From IMG/VR virus record IMGVR_UViG_3300024187_000017, positions 1 to 34,085 of that record: 34,085 nucleotides of DNA. One strand, 5' to 3'. Source of the DNA: a virus (taxonomy: Duplodnaviria; Caudoviricetes). The translations under genes and the position numbers were made by a program. Positions 8,010 through 17,873 of this stretch are shown here, one piece after another (the stretch's first letter is position 1; each line of letters starts with the position of its first letter). The notes beneath the pieces are model-generated. The model was given only the letters and a program-made list of their open reading frames with translations, ran no database searches and was not told where the DNA came from.

Positions 8010-9620
8010 TTACCGTAGTTTGATCCAATCGCAGGGAGCCGAGCAGGCGTCCGTGGGCGGAGTCCCGGTCTGCGGCAGGAACGCTTCCCAGACATGGCCG
8101 CCGTAATCCACCACATCCCCCCCGTCATAGACCTCGAACGGATCCCAGATCAGCCCCGTGCGCGGGACGCAGATCATTATTGAGGCCCGTGTTTGGGCGA
8201 AGAAACCAAAGCCACCGCCCTTCGCCCCGGGTTGCGATCCCAGGCCCACGAAGTTGTGATCGGCAACCGTCCCCCCCGCCACTCCCGGACCAATCGAGTG
8301 TGGGCCAGAGATAAAGACGCCACCGCTAGAGACCGCCACGTCCCGCAAGGTCCCCACGATTCCCACGTCTCCGTGTTTCCCTATTCCCATCGCAAGAACC
8401 GCGCCCATCGTGATCGGCTGGGATGCGTACCCGGCGAGCGTCACCTGGTCATGCCACTCGAACTGTAAGTGCCGCGGGTAGGCGCTCGAATCGGAAACGA
8501 TGACCGTGGCGTTTCCATTTAGCGCGGTCACCGTAAGGCCGCCAAATCCGCCGTTGTACCAGTCTTGCCGGAAGATCTGGTCTCCGTGCCCCGCCGCAAA
8601 TGCGGCATATCCGACAATAGCGGGATCAGGCGCATGGCCCTTCAGCTCTTCGAGGATTTGGGGCGTGTTGACGTAGATGGATGTGGAGCGGTTCATCTCT
8701 TCGGGCGTCAGGTTCCCCGACAGTTGTTCAAACAGCGCGAATCCGTCCTCTGTGACCCAAAGACAGTATTTGTCGGGGTGCTGGATCAGGTTCGTTGCAG
8801 CGTAAAGCTGGAAGCTGTAAGGCCCGGCGCTACCCGCCGTCCCCAGCGTAAAGAATGTGATGTCGAACTGGATCCCCTGCCCGGGAAGCAGGAATGTTTC
8901 ACCGAAAACGATTCCGGAGGTGTGAATTCCGAGCGGCCCCAAAAGCGGAGGATAGGAATACTGCCCGATAGCCGCCCCCCTGACAATCACTTTGAATTTC
9001 GAGTCAGGGCCATTCGAAACCCAGGTGTAACCGCCTCCGCTGGTGATCCCCGGGCCGATCAGCGATCCGCCGTATTCATTTCCGTCGTAGAAAAAGAAGT
9101 TGAAGGCCGGCCCCGGAAACTTGGCGACTAGGTGGATCCCGGTTCGTTCCACGGGAAAGTCTGGAGTCGCAGGAATGGTGTAGATGGCTGCATTGAAGAC
9201 AGTACAGAGGGTGATCGCTCCAGCCAGGTTGTCCGCCGTTTCCGCCGGGGTATTTCCAGTCATCACCCACACAGGCCCATCGGAACACGGGTTGGGGGCG
9301 GGGGCTTCCTGGCCGATGTTGAAGATTTTGAAGTATACGCCGGCCACGTAGCAGTCATAAGGCGGCCCGTAACAAATGAAGTGAAATTCTCCGCCCTCGG
9401 TGACTCGCGCGCCAAGCTGAAAGACCAGCTCGCCGGTGGCGAAGGTGTCTTCCGGGGCTATATGCGTCCAGCCACAGCGCGCGAAAAGCCCGCCGTAATC
9501 GTTGGAGCCGTAATTGGCGGGGGCCGCCAGTGTGTCAATGACGCGAATCGCGTCGGCGGACACAACCTTGAATCTACGGCGCCGCGTGAACAGCAGCGGA
9601 AATTCTCTTGTTACGGGCAC
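8010..9620 (-). CDS. Tail-associated protein with C-terminal CBM5/12-like carbohydrate-binding module
   Basis: Likely GTG start 9620 (MPVTREF); C-terminus WDPFEVYDGGDVVDYGGHVWEA....GTPP......DW fits the CBM5/12 (chitin-binding type 3) pattern. Confidence 0.7.
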   Translation of the reverse strand: MPVTREFPLLFTRRRRFKVVSADAIRVIDTLAAPANYGSNDYGGLFARCGWTHIAPEDTFATGELVFQLGARVTEGGEFHFICYGPPYDCYVAGVYFKIFNIGQEAPAPNPCSDGPVWVMTGNTPAETADNLAGAITLCTVFNAAIYTIPATPDFPVERTGIHLVAKFPGPAFNFFFYDGNEYGGSLIGPGITSGGGYTWVSNGPDSKFKVIVRGAAIGQYSYPPLLGPLGIHTSGIVFGETFLLPGQGIQFDITFFTLGTAGSAGPYSFQLYAATNLIQHPDKYCLWVTEDGFALFEQLSGNLTPEEMNRSTSIYVNTPQILEELKGHAPDPAIVGYAAFAAGHGDQIFRQDWYNGGFGGLTVTALNGNATVIVSDSSAYPRHLQFEWHDQVTLAGYASQPITMGAVLAMGIGKHGDVGIVGTLRDVAVSSGGVFISGPHSIGPGVAGGTVADHNFVGLGSQPGAKGGGFGFFAQTRASIMICVPRTGLIWDPFEVYDGGDVVDYGGHVWEAFLPQTGTPPTDACSAPCDWIKLR

Positions 9621-9624
9621 GGCC

Positions 9625-9819
9625 CTAACGCTTCCCCCGCCGCATCTCCATCCAGCGCTCCAGCCACCGCTTGCCCTTGACCGACTCCGGCTCGTCAGCG
9701 TCGAGACTCGTATCGACGGGAGTAAATCCATGCGAAAGGGAAGGCTCCGACACGTCAGAGGCCACGCGAGACGTAATCGCTCTTCCGCTCCCCTGCTTTT
9801 GATTGCAGTTACACGCCAT
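9625..9819 (-). CDS. Small hypothetical protein (MACNC start)
   Basis: Fills the gap between two tail genes with 2-4 nt spacing. Confidence 0.55.
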   Translation of the reverse strand: MACNCNQKQGSGRAITSRVASDVSEPSLSHGFTPVDTSLDADEPESVKGKRWLERWMEMRRGKR

Positions 9820-9821
9820 CG

Positions 9822-10811
9822 TCAGTACACGTAATCGCTGAGATTCTTATCGTCCACCTGCTGACCGTCCAACAAGAGCAGACTTCCGAACGGATTGATT
9901 CCTGGAGGACCTCCCCACACCCGCCAGTAGCTGTAGATCGGCGTGATTCCGTCCGGCTGTTTTCCTTCCTCGAACCTTTGCACGGTGTCCCGCTCCAAAG
10001 TCTTCGTGATCACGAAGGCGTCCCAAATCTGGGCACGCATGACGTGCTGCCACGCCACCACGGCGTCAAGATAGAGCGGGTCATGAATTCCGTAAAGCCG
10101 TGGGGGCACTTCCGCAAACGGGTTAGCCCCTCCCGAGTCGGACATCCACATCAACCGCAGCCCCGCGCCGCCGTTGCGGCCGTCCGCAAAGCGCGACTCG
10201 GTATCGCCGCCCTGGGGAAACATCAGCACACCGTTCCAACACAGATCCCACCGGGTGGCACAGACGAAATTGTTGCGGAAATCCGGCTGTGGGGTGAACA
10301 AACTGCCTCCGGAAGAGCATGCCCACCATGCCATCGAAACTACGTCCGGAAGAGTTCCATCCGGGTTGCACTGGACGTTCGAGGGCGCCGGGATATGCGG
10401 AATTCCACATTGAAAACTCAACGTGTGAGCGAAGACCGGCAGACCCCCCAACGCCTCCCGAAAGGCGGGAATTGCGATGAAGAACTGGCACTTGCCGGCG
10501 ATCGCATAATGCGTCCCAATGGAGTCCGGCCCGTACATAAGCAAGTGTTCCATGCCCACCAGGCTTTCGTCTTCCGACATCACCTGAAGAGAAAGGCAGG
10601 GCTCGAAGCCATCCACCACGCCGCGGTCCCACACGTGCAACTTGAAGAACAGGCCCTGGGGGGATTCCGCAGAAAAGTAGTATCCATCGGTGGTTGCGAC
10701 TGCAGACCACCCGCAACTGGTTAGGAGGTCGTGGATCCCCTGACGAAACAGGAGCGACGTGGAGGAGTCGATAACAACGAACTTGTGGCCGCTCGACCAT
10801 GCGATTGCCAT
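9822..10811 (-). CDS. Putative tail protein (329 aa), probable paralog of the 8010-9620 protein
   Basis: Position after the tail hub gene; shared motifs (CGW, FRxxF/W, AVxA...G/AxxxDxxV). Confidence 0.65.
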   Translation of the reverse strand: MAIAWSSGHKFVVIDSSTSLLFRQGIHDLLTSCGWSAVATTDGYYFSAESPQGLFFKLHVWDRGVVDGFEPCLSLQVMSEDESLVGMEHLLMYGPDSIGTHYAIAGKCQFFIAIPAFREALGGLPVFAHTLSFQCGIPHIPAPSNVQCNPDGTLPDVVSMAWWACSSGGSLFTPQPDFRNNFVCATRWDLCWNGVLMFPQGGDTESRFADGRNGGAGLRLMWMSDSGGANPFAEVPPRLYGIHDPLYLDAVVAWQHVMRAQIWDAFVITKTLERDTVQRFEEGKQPDGITPIYSYWRVWGGPPGINPFGSLLLLDGQQVDDKNLSDYVY

Positions 10812-10814
10812 CCA

Positions 10815-13349
10815 TCAAACCCACTGCAAAACAATCTCGATCCCGAAGCCTTCGATTACGTTCGCGATACTGATCACGTCCAATCGAAAGATATCGGGAG
10901 GAACGGGAGGGCTCGCGCCCAAATCCCCACCAGACACAGTGGACACTGCGAAATCGGTAGAGATTCCGGTCCTTCCGTCCGACGTTAAGGTAATGTAATC
11001 TCCCGCGGGGTTGAAGATGCTTTCCCACGTTCCCCCATCGTCATGCGAGACTTTGATATCAAACCGCGTGACCGAATCGTCTGAAGAAACTGGAGGCTGG
11101 AAGGGCTTCCAAACCACATCCTTGAGCGTCCCGCCGTTTCGGACGATGTGATAGTTCGGAATGATCGAAACGTCCCCGGCCCCGAACCTCCGCAATACAC
11201 CGAAGGTGGCCTTTAGCTCCCCGTTCCCACCTCCACCTCCCGAAGAGGGAGCCGTCGCCACCATAGAGACTGAAGATCCCCCTTTCCCGGTCAGAGCTAA
11301 ACCACGCATGAAGTCCACATCCGTCGTGACCCGGTTCAATGCCGATCCCCGGATGAGCTTCAGGACTTTCTTGATTCTCGCGGTGTACCCGTGAGAATTT
11401 CGCTCGTAACTCCCTGCGATTTCCTGCACGGTCCAGTCCGAATGGTTCATTGCCGGTTTCGCCCACTGAGGACGGGAGAAGTTCACCGTCAACTGCTGAC
11501 CCAACTTGATGAATTTCCGGTAGGTGCTGACCGTCGCTGAGTATGGTTCGTGCTGGTACTGCTGTAAAGTCGCGAGAGCTTCAAAGTAACCGGTCAAAGC
11601 ATCTTTCAATTGACCGTCATCAATGGTGCTGTGGTACATCCCGGTCCCATGTTCCGAGGATGCTCTTGCATTTACGTCTGCGGTGTCTTCGACCGTGATG
11701 ACATCCGCTCCTAATCGCCTCCACGTGACCACCAGATAGGAACCCGAAGGAATGACTCTCCGGTGCTGTGCGTGCGCCGGACCGAACCATGCCCCTTTTG
11801 CGACGATTTCGGTAGTTCCTGGGGTGTTCTGCACGGTGTTATCCCCAGGACCTCCGGGAACAATGACTTGCCAGGGCGTGGTATCGCCGTTGAATCCTCC
11901 GGTGGTAATGGTGTCCGACCACGAGAATCCGGATGCGCTGGAGCTGACCGAGATGTTGTCCCCGCCCGTTCCAGGGGTTTTTGCGACCAGGGTAAACGCT
12001 GCTCCGCTTAAATCGATCGCGTTGCAGGCGTTGTTTTCCCAGGTGGGCCAGGAGAACTTTACCCCTTGCGTTGCGGGGTTGCAGTTGATCGCATCGACCA
12101 GGTTGGCTGCTGTAGCGGCCGAATTCGCTCCGATCAGCACCTGAAAGAGCTGGGTGTTATCCAACTCCGAAACGAACGTGTAAGTCAGACCCCCGATGTT
12201 GATCGTTCCCCCAGTGGGGTTGGAGGAGAACGAACCACCGACGCTCGACCGTCTTGAGGTCGTGACGAAGGCGCTCAGGAGCTGCGCGGGAAGGTGAGGC
12301 AGATTCCAGACCGTCGTGGATCCGTTTCCCGCAAAAACGGAGACCGAGGGCATGAAGGCGTCAAAACTGATTCGAACCGATTGCCGGTTTCGATAGTCGA
12401 AGGTGTCCCGGTCAATCTCGATCGAGCCTTCCAAACCTTCTTCCGCGGTAAACGAATCCGGTAGTACTCGGTCGGAGGGAGCGCAGAAAAACGCCGAGGG
12501 TTCTGAAGTATCAGGGTCCACCCCCCATACCGCCCCGCCCGAGAAATTGGCTTGCGTCTGTAGTGAATTGAACGCGTCGGTCATCTTCACATGACCGTCG
12601 TAAGTCACCACCGGGATAGGGTCTCCATCCGTTCGAATGAAACCCAACTGCACCGGCGATCCAAGAGACTGGGCTAAGAGCACAAGTTGCGTGAAGATGT
12701 AGCCGGGCGTCTTGTTCACGAAGGTCTGCGGCGGCCAGATTTCGATCGAATCGTAGACCCGCTCCATCCCTCCCGCGGCAATAGTTGCAATGTGCCTTGC
12801 GGGGTCGTCGCCCCCCAATTTCCCGGAGAGTTTGTAATCGGTTAACAGTCCTGCGAACTGGCGGATGTTCTTGAAGTTCAGAACTACATCCGGCCCCGCC
12901 GTGGAAGAAACGTCTACTTCCGTTCCGTCGATGTGCCGGGTAAGGACCGTGACCGTTGAACCTGAAGACGTCGCCGAGACATCCGAATCCGCATTGACCA
13001 GGGCCGCGAGAGCTGAAGCAATCGAAGCGCCCGATTCTCCCGACCCTACCGTGTGGCTGTAGGTCGTCCCGTTGACCGTGATGGATTCGACCGTCCCCGC
13101 GGTGATTCCATCGGCAAAGGAGTAAAGCGCTTCGTCTTCGCCTTCCCGTTCATCCAAGAAGACCTGTGAGTTTTTGGTGGGTTCGTAGTCGTCTCCTCTC
13201 GGAATATTCAGGACCGCCTCAATCGTCGGTCTCTCTCCTCCCTGCAAGTTGTAGGAGAATCCCGATTCCTCTCCGCCGTCGATCCTCCAGGTTTGATCGG
13301 TCAGTCCACCCGGCTCTCGGATGGTTAATTGGACGGGGATGACAGGCAC
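10815..13349 (-). CDS. Tail tip/baseplate hub-like protein (844 aa)
   Basis: Directly follows the tape measure gene; hub-like features (YRNRQSVR, IKLGQQLTVNF, WTVQEI), inserted beta domains and a C-terminal DIFRLDVISI domain. Confidence 0.7.
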   Translation of the reverse strand: MPVIPVQLTIREPGGLTDQTWRIDGGEESGFSYNLQGGERPTIEAVLNIPRGDDYEPTKNSQVFLDEREGEDEALYSFADGITAGTVESITVNGTTYSHTVGSGESGASIASALAALVNADSDVSATSSGSTVTVLTRHIDGTEVDVSSTAGPDVVLNFKNIRQFAGLLTDYKLSGKLGGDDPARHIATIAAGGMERVYDSIEIWPPQTFVNKTPGYIFTQLVLLAQSLGSPVQLGFIRTDGDPIPVVTYDGHVKMTDAFNSLQTQANFSGGAVWGVDPDTSEPSAFFCAPSDRVLPDSFTAEEGLEGSIEIDRDTFDYRNRQSVRISFDAFMPSVSVFAGNGSTTVWNLPHLPAQLLSAFVTTSRRSSVGGSFSSNPTGGTINIGGLTYTFVSELDNTQLFQVLIGANSAATAANLVDAINCNPATQGVKFSWPTWENNACNAIDLSGAAFTLVAKTPGTGGDNISVSSSASGFSWSDTITTGGFNGDTTPWQVIVPGGPGDNTVQNTPGTTEIVAKGAWFGPAHAQHRRVIPSGSYLVVTWRRLGADVITVEDTADVNARASSEHGTGMYHSTIDDGQLKDALTGYFEALATLQQYQHEPYSATVSTYRKFIKLGQQLTVNFSRPQWAKPAMNHSDWTVQEIAGSYERNSHGYTARIKKVLKLIRGSALNRVTTDVDFMRGLALTGKGGSSVSMVATAPSSGGGGGNGELKATFGVLRRFGAGDVSIIPNYHIVRNGGTLKDVVWKPFQPPVSSDDSVTRFDIKVSHDDGGTWESIFNPAGDYITLTSDGRTGISTDFAVSTVSGGDLGASPPVPPDIFRLDVISIANVIEGFGIEIVLQWV

Positions 13350-13355
13350 GGAAGA

Positions 13356-16300
13356 TTACGAGCGGGCGTTGGTGGTGGCGTTTCTGGAGAATACCGGGTC
13401 TTTGCGGTTGTAATACTTGCGCATCGCATCCGCCATCCCCTTGGGATCGTTGACTCCGTGAAAGTGCATGTCTCCCGAGAAGTGCATCCCGAACGGAAGA
13501 CCGGATGAGGACCCATCCCGAAGGCCTGCTGGAATCGTAGGCACAGAGGCAGAAGGCAGGTGGGAAGCAAGCGACTTGATCGTAGGGTTAATGAGCGAGG
13601 TGGGAATCACAACCGGCGGCAGCCCTCCCTCCAGCAGGCTCTTCAGGACAGGATTAATGATGGGCGTCGGCACCGGCCGGGGAGGAATCCCTCCCTCCAG
13701 CAAGCTCTTCAGAACCGGGTTAATCACCGGCGTCGGGGTGGATCGCAGCGTGTTTCCGAGGTCCCCAATCGCTTTCACGACGGGGTTGCTCCCGGGTTTC
13801 AGGGCATCGGCAATTGTGGGACCAGTGGGAGATGAGGAATTCGACCGACCGATAGCCGCGACCACATCTGAAACCGTGGGTCCGGCCGGCTGCGCAGTCC
13901 CCCGCGATCCTCCCGATGCAGAGCCGGAACCGGCCGCCGCCGCCACAGCCGCGAGGGCGCCGCCGGTTCCGCCGAAACCCTCTCGGATTGAGGCGTTGAT
14001 TTCCCCGAGACGGTCAAAGATGTTCTTGTCACCTTCCCGAATGGAATTCCAAACCTCTCCCAGCCGGTCATACATGTTCTGGTCATGCTCAAACCACTGC
14101 GTATGCCACTGGTCTTCCACGTTGAAGATGCGCAGGGTATGGTTTACCAGAACGTCCAGGGACTTGTTCATCCCTGCTTGCTGAAAGTTGGAGATAACAC
14201 CAGACACCGCAGAGACCCCGCCTTCGATCAGTCCCGCGATTCCTCCGCCGGCGGCTCCCGCGATCCCGCCGGCAGCACCACCGCCTCCACCAGCTCCGCC
14301 TATGCTGCTCAACACACCACCGCCCCCACCCGATCCGCTGCCCCAGATATTCCCGAATACCCCGCCGATCTGGGATCCCAAGTTCGCCAGTTCGTCTTTC
14401 AGGGGCTTCAACAACCCCTGCAGGAAGCTGTTCAGCAAGTCCTCGGCGACACTCTTTCCGAAGTTCTTAATGGTGTCGCCCCATCCCTTCCATTCCACGA
14501 TGTTTTGAGCTAGGCCTTTGGTAAGGGAATCAAACGCTCCCGTCCAGGCTTTGGAGAGTTCATCGGACGCGGTTTTGCCTTGTTTTACTCGCGTGTCGTT
14601 GCCGGTCTTGTCGATGGTGTTCAGCTCAGTTTGAAGCCTGCGGTATTCTTCTTCGCTGATAACCCCCGAAGCGCGCTCCAGGTTGATCTTGGCCTGCATC
14701 ATCGCTTTGAAGGCTTCGAGGCGCAATTCATCGGTGCTTTTTTCGTCCGCTAGGATGACGTTGTAGGCATCGCGGGTCTTGTCGGCCAGGCTTTGCAGTT
14801 CATCGGCGCTTTTGATTCCCAGAGTCCGGTAGGCGTCGGCCACAATACCGACATTGCGGGCCCAGACCAACTGCTCGTTGTACACCTGCACGGTCATGTC
14901 GCGCAACATGGACTCGGCAGCGGTAGCTGAATTGGATGTGGTCACCAGGGCATCAATGCTAGCCGCCCACGGTGGGGTCGTAGGCAGGTTCCACAGCGAG
15001 CGCATCCTTTCGTCAATCGCATTGACCAGCGGCGGTAGGGTCTGGAGGGGACCGACAAATCCCATCACCGGCGAACCGGCCGCTCGGAAGATCGTGGCCA
15101 GGCCGTCAATTGCCTGAGATGCTACTTCCGTGGGCCTCTGAAGATTCTCGATTTCCTGCCGGATCTTCGCGATTTTCGTCGCCGCGGTGAGCATCTCTTC
15201 GCCGGTCAGCCGGCCGCTTGCCGCTAGCTTGGCAAGCGCTGCCTCGGCGTCCGCCAGTTGTTTTTCTGCGTCATGGAGGCCAAGGTCAGAGAACGCCTCC
15301 CTGATAGCCGCCGCGGCCTTTTTGGCTCCGGCTTCATCAATCCCGGTCCCGCCGCCCGTTCCAGGCTTGGGAGTATTCAGGCTGTTGGGGCCCACTCCAA
15401 ACGCGTGGGCAACTGCCTCAGCCGGATTCTCGCCCGTCTGCATCGCGAGAAGGGCAGCGTTTTGCGACTTTTCGATGCTGCCCTGACCCGCGCCGTACTG
15501 CTGATTGAAGATTTTGGCAACATTCGCCGCCGCGGTAACACCGCCGCTCCCCATGGCCGTAAGCAGCACGATGACTTCTTTGATTCGCGTCCCCCAAGAT
15601 GCAGTTCCGCTCTCAAGGTTGTTCAGCAGTTGCAGAAGGTCCGTCGCCGGCTTCACAAAGACCGTTCCCAGAACCCCCGCCCCCTCCTGGGCGTTGTGCA
15701 CAAACTTCGTCCATTCGCCGGAAAGCGTGGTGGTGGACTTCGCCATCTGATCTACCGCGCCTTTGGCGTTGTCCAGCTTAGCCTTGAGCTGGTCGAGTTC
15801 GGCCCCGCCAGACTTGACTGCATTCACAAACGGGAGCGCCGCCTTGATCGCGAAACCATCAGCGAGCGCCATATTCAGAGCCTGGGCGGTATTGTCCGCT
15901 CCCTCCATTCGGGAGATCAGGTCCGTGAGTTCCTTCTTTGGGTCCTTTCCGGCCTCCGCCATCTTGGTGAAAGCGGTTCTCAATGCATTGAGGGCCCCCG
16001 CGGCATCGTCGCCGGTGACTTTAGCGAACTGCGCGACCAGCGCAAGCGAATCCTCGAAGGCAAAGCCCCAACTCTTCAAAAGAGGCGCGGCGTCTTTTAG
16101 GGCGTTTCCCAGATCGATTACAGAAATCCCGGTGTTCTTCTGGGCGACATACAACATGTCCTGTGCGAGGGATTGATCCCTGACATCGACACTCCACGCT
16201 TTGAACAGACGCTGATTGGTTTCAACAGCATTTTTTACATCAACAGCCGCCACCTTTGCAAAGTTCAGGGCGCTTTTGGTGAGGCTTTCCAGCTCGGCTC

Positions 16301-17051
16301 CAGTGGCTCCCGACCTTTGCCTGATCGTATCCATCGCACCCGCAATGACTTCGGCCGATTGGGAAGACGTGCCATACAGCCGCTTCAGGCTGTCGTTCAT
16401 ATTCTCCAGGTCCGCGCCGGTGGCCCCCGTGGCCCTCTGCATCTGCACGGACGCATCCTCAAACATTTCCGCCGTTTGAATCGCGGCCACGCCCAAGTCC
16501 ATGAGCTTCGACAGAAGGCCGGCCATCGAACCCGCGGCGAGAATCCCCATCACCGCTCCTACGCCGGGGATTTTGGTTAAGAGGGAATCGAATCCTCCCC
16601 CACTCTCCTGGGCCGCTTGGGAGAGTTTCTTCACCGCATCGGCCGCGGCCCTGGCCTCCGGATCGGTTCGTTGCAGCGTCTTTTGCAGGTTATCCGCCGC
16701 CCGTGCTACATCGTCCTCACTGGCGGCTCCACGGGCGCACGCGGCCTGCAACTCCAACAAGACTGCCCGCTGATTCTCAATGCTCGTTGCGACCTGCTGG
16801 TTTTTGTCAACGATCCGCTGAGCAGCATCCGAGAGCTGAGTAATGGCGGGAACCGCTCCGCCGGCCGCGCTCGCGAACTCTTTCATCTTGTCGCCAGCAG
16901 ACGAAAAACCAGCAGCGCTTCCTAGCTTGGCGTCAACCGCTTCGAAGTTCCGGCCGAATTGGGTCGTCGCCTGGTCGATGTCCGTGAACTTCGTCTTGTA
17001 ATCCGACGTGTCCGCGGTGACCGCGACGAATAAAGACCAGAGGGAAGGCAT
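13356..17051 (-). CDS. Tail tape measure protein
   Basis: 1231 aa, Ala/Gly-rich and helical; N-terminal LFVAVTADTSDY; ATGATGADLENM core typical of TMPs; position after chaperones. Confidence 0.92.
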   Translation of the reverse strand: MPSLWSLFVAVTADTSDYKTKFTDIDQATTQFGRNFEAVDAKLGSAAGFSSAGDKMKEFASAAGGAVPAITQLSDAAQRIVDKNQQVATSIENQRAVLLELQAACARGAASEDDVARAADNLQKTLQRTDPEARAAADAVKKLSQAAQESGGGFDSLLTKIPGVGAVMGILAAGSMAGLLSKLMDLGVAAIQTAEMFEDASVQMQRATGATGADLENMNDSLKRLYGTSSQSAEVIAGAMDTIRQRSGATGAELESLTKSALNFAKVAAVDVKNAVETNQRLFKAWSVDVRDQSLAQDMLYVAQKNTGISVIDLGNALKDAAPLLKSWGFAFEDSLALVAQFAKVTGDDAAGALNALRTAFTKMAEAGKDPKKELTDLISRMEGADNTAQALNMALADGFAIKAALPFVNAVKSGGAELDQLKAKLDNAKGAVDQMAKSTTTLSGEWTKFVHNAQEGAGVLGTVFVKPATDLLQLLNNLESGTASWGTRIKEVIVLLTAMGSGGVTAAANVAKIFNQQYGAGQGSIEKSQNAALLAMQTGENPAEAVAHAFGVGPNSLNTPKPGTGGGTGIDEAGAKKAAAAIREAFSDLGLHDAEKQLADAEAALAKLAASGRLTGEEMLTAATKIAKIRQEIENLQRPTEVASQAIDGLATIFRAAGSPVMGFVGPLQTLPPLVNAIDERMRSLWNLPTTPPWAASIDALVTTSNSATAAESMLRDMTVQVYNEQLVWARNVGIVADAYRTLGIKSADELQSLADKTRDAYNVILADEKSTDELRLEAFKAMMQAKINLERASGVISEEEYRRLQTELNTIDKTGNDTRVKQGKTASDELSKAWTGAFDSLTKGLAQNIVEWKGWGDTIKNFGKSVAEDLLNSFLQGLLKPLKDELANLGSQIGGVFGNIWGSGSGGGGGVLSSIGGAGGGGGAAGGIAGAAGGGIAGLIEGGVSAVSGVISNFQQAGMNKSLDVLVNHTLRIFNVEDQWHTQWFEHDQNMYDRLGEVWNSIREGDKNIFDRLGEINASIREGFGGTGGALAAVAAAAGSGSASGGSRGTAQPAGPTVSDVVAAIGRSNSSSPTGPTIADALKPGSNPVVKAIGDLGNTLRSTPTPVINPVLKSLLEGGIPPRPVPTPIINPVLKSLLEGGLPPVVIPTSLINPTIKSLASHLPSASVPTIPAGLRDGSSSGLPFGMHFSGDMHFHGVNDPKGMADAMRKYYNRKDPVFSRNATTNARS

Positions 17052-17054
17052 GAT

Positions 17055-17543
17055 TTACGAGTCCGCGTCTCCGGGGTCACCAAAACCGAAAGCGTCTTTC
17101 AGGAGGCTCTGTAGCCCTTCCCGGATTCCACGTCGCACCGCTTCTGATTTCGCGACCACCGCCGGCCGGAACCACGGCCGCTGGGGAGTGAATTTGCCCG
17201 TGGCCAGCTTCTTTGGCTTGTGGCCAACAATCCAATGACCGAGTTCCAACCAAGCCGCCTGGGGAGCAATTCTGTGCGGAATCCGCAAGTAGGCGGCAAT
17301 CTTCGAGAGGTCTTTGCTGGGCTCCAGGATCAAGGCGTCCGCGATGTGCTTTCCCCCGTGACGAAGAATATGGGATTGCTCGACCGATGCCAGATTGGAC
17401 AGGGCCTGTTCTTTCAAGGGTTGAAGAGCCTCCGCCAGCATGGGGGTTACCTTCCGCGGGTCGAAGGCTTCCTTTCCGGACTTGAAAGCAGCGCCCAGCT
17501 CCTTCAGTTCCGAAATGCTGATTTTGGCTCTTCGCAGCGCCAT
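17055..17543 (-). CDS. HK97 gp10-family tail-completion protein
   Basis: ISELKELGAAF N-terminus; AAWLELGH and QRPWFRPAV motifs. Confidence 0.8.
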   Translation of the reverse strand: MALRRAKISISELKELGAAFKSGKEAFDPRKVTPMLAEALQPLKEQALSNLASVEQSHILRHGGKHIADALILEPSKDLSKIAAYLRIPHRIAPQAAWLELGHWIVGHKPKKLATGKFTPQRPWFRPAVVAKSEAVRRGIREGLQSLLKDAFGFGDPGDADS

Positions 17544-17546
17544 ACC

Positions 17547-17873
17547 CTACGGCTTCTTCCCTCGATTTCCTCTCGCTACCAGCGCGTCCAGATACGCTTC
17601 CGTCTGTTTCGCCAACATCATCTCCTGCTCATCCGTCCGTGGTTTTTTGAGAACGTTGATCTCCATGAAGTTGGCGTCTTTGTTTCCGGCGATCTGCGCA
17701 ACGATGGTTGCGAGGAATTGGAAATCGAACGTGCGCCGCTCGACTTCTTTGATTCGTTCGTCTTCCAAGAGGACGAACATCGCCGGGGAGAGGTCCAGGA
17801 ATTCCTCCCACCCTAACCCGTGGTGATGAAGCGCTACGGCCCAGACTTCGATCCAGTCTAGGCCTTCGAAGGG
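17547..17873 (-). CDS. Tail assembly chaperone C-terminal (gpT-like) segment, probably reached by -1 frameshift
   Basis: The frame of the 17547-17780 ORF extends upstream without a stop: LDWIEVWAVALHHHGLGWEEFLDLSPAMF, with the GLxxEEFxDLxP motif of gpGT extensions; it is -1 relative to the upstream chaperone. Confidence 0.65.
   Translation of the reverse strand, partial: PFEGLDWIEVWAVALHHHGLGWEEFLDLSPAMFVLLEDERIKEVERRTFDFQFLATIVAQIAGNKDANFMEINVLKKPRTDEQEMMLAKQTEAYLDALVARGNRGKKP

Noticed and set aside
3877-13349. Diversity-generating retroelement or invertible tail-fibre cassette
   Set aside because: No reverse transcriptase, invertase, or TR/VR-type repeat pair seen in this window
10815-13349. 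Contractile tail sheath, suggested by a sheath-like inserted beta domain
   Set aside because: No sheath core or baseplate wedge genes; the tube/chaperone/TMP layout is siphoviral
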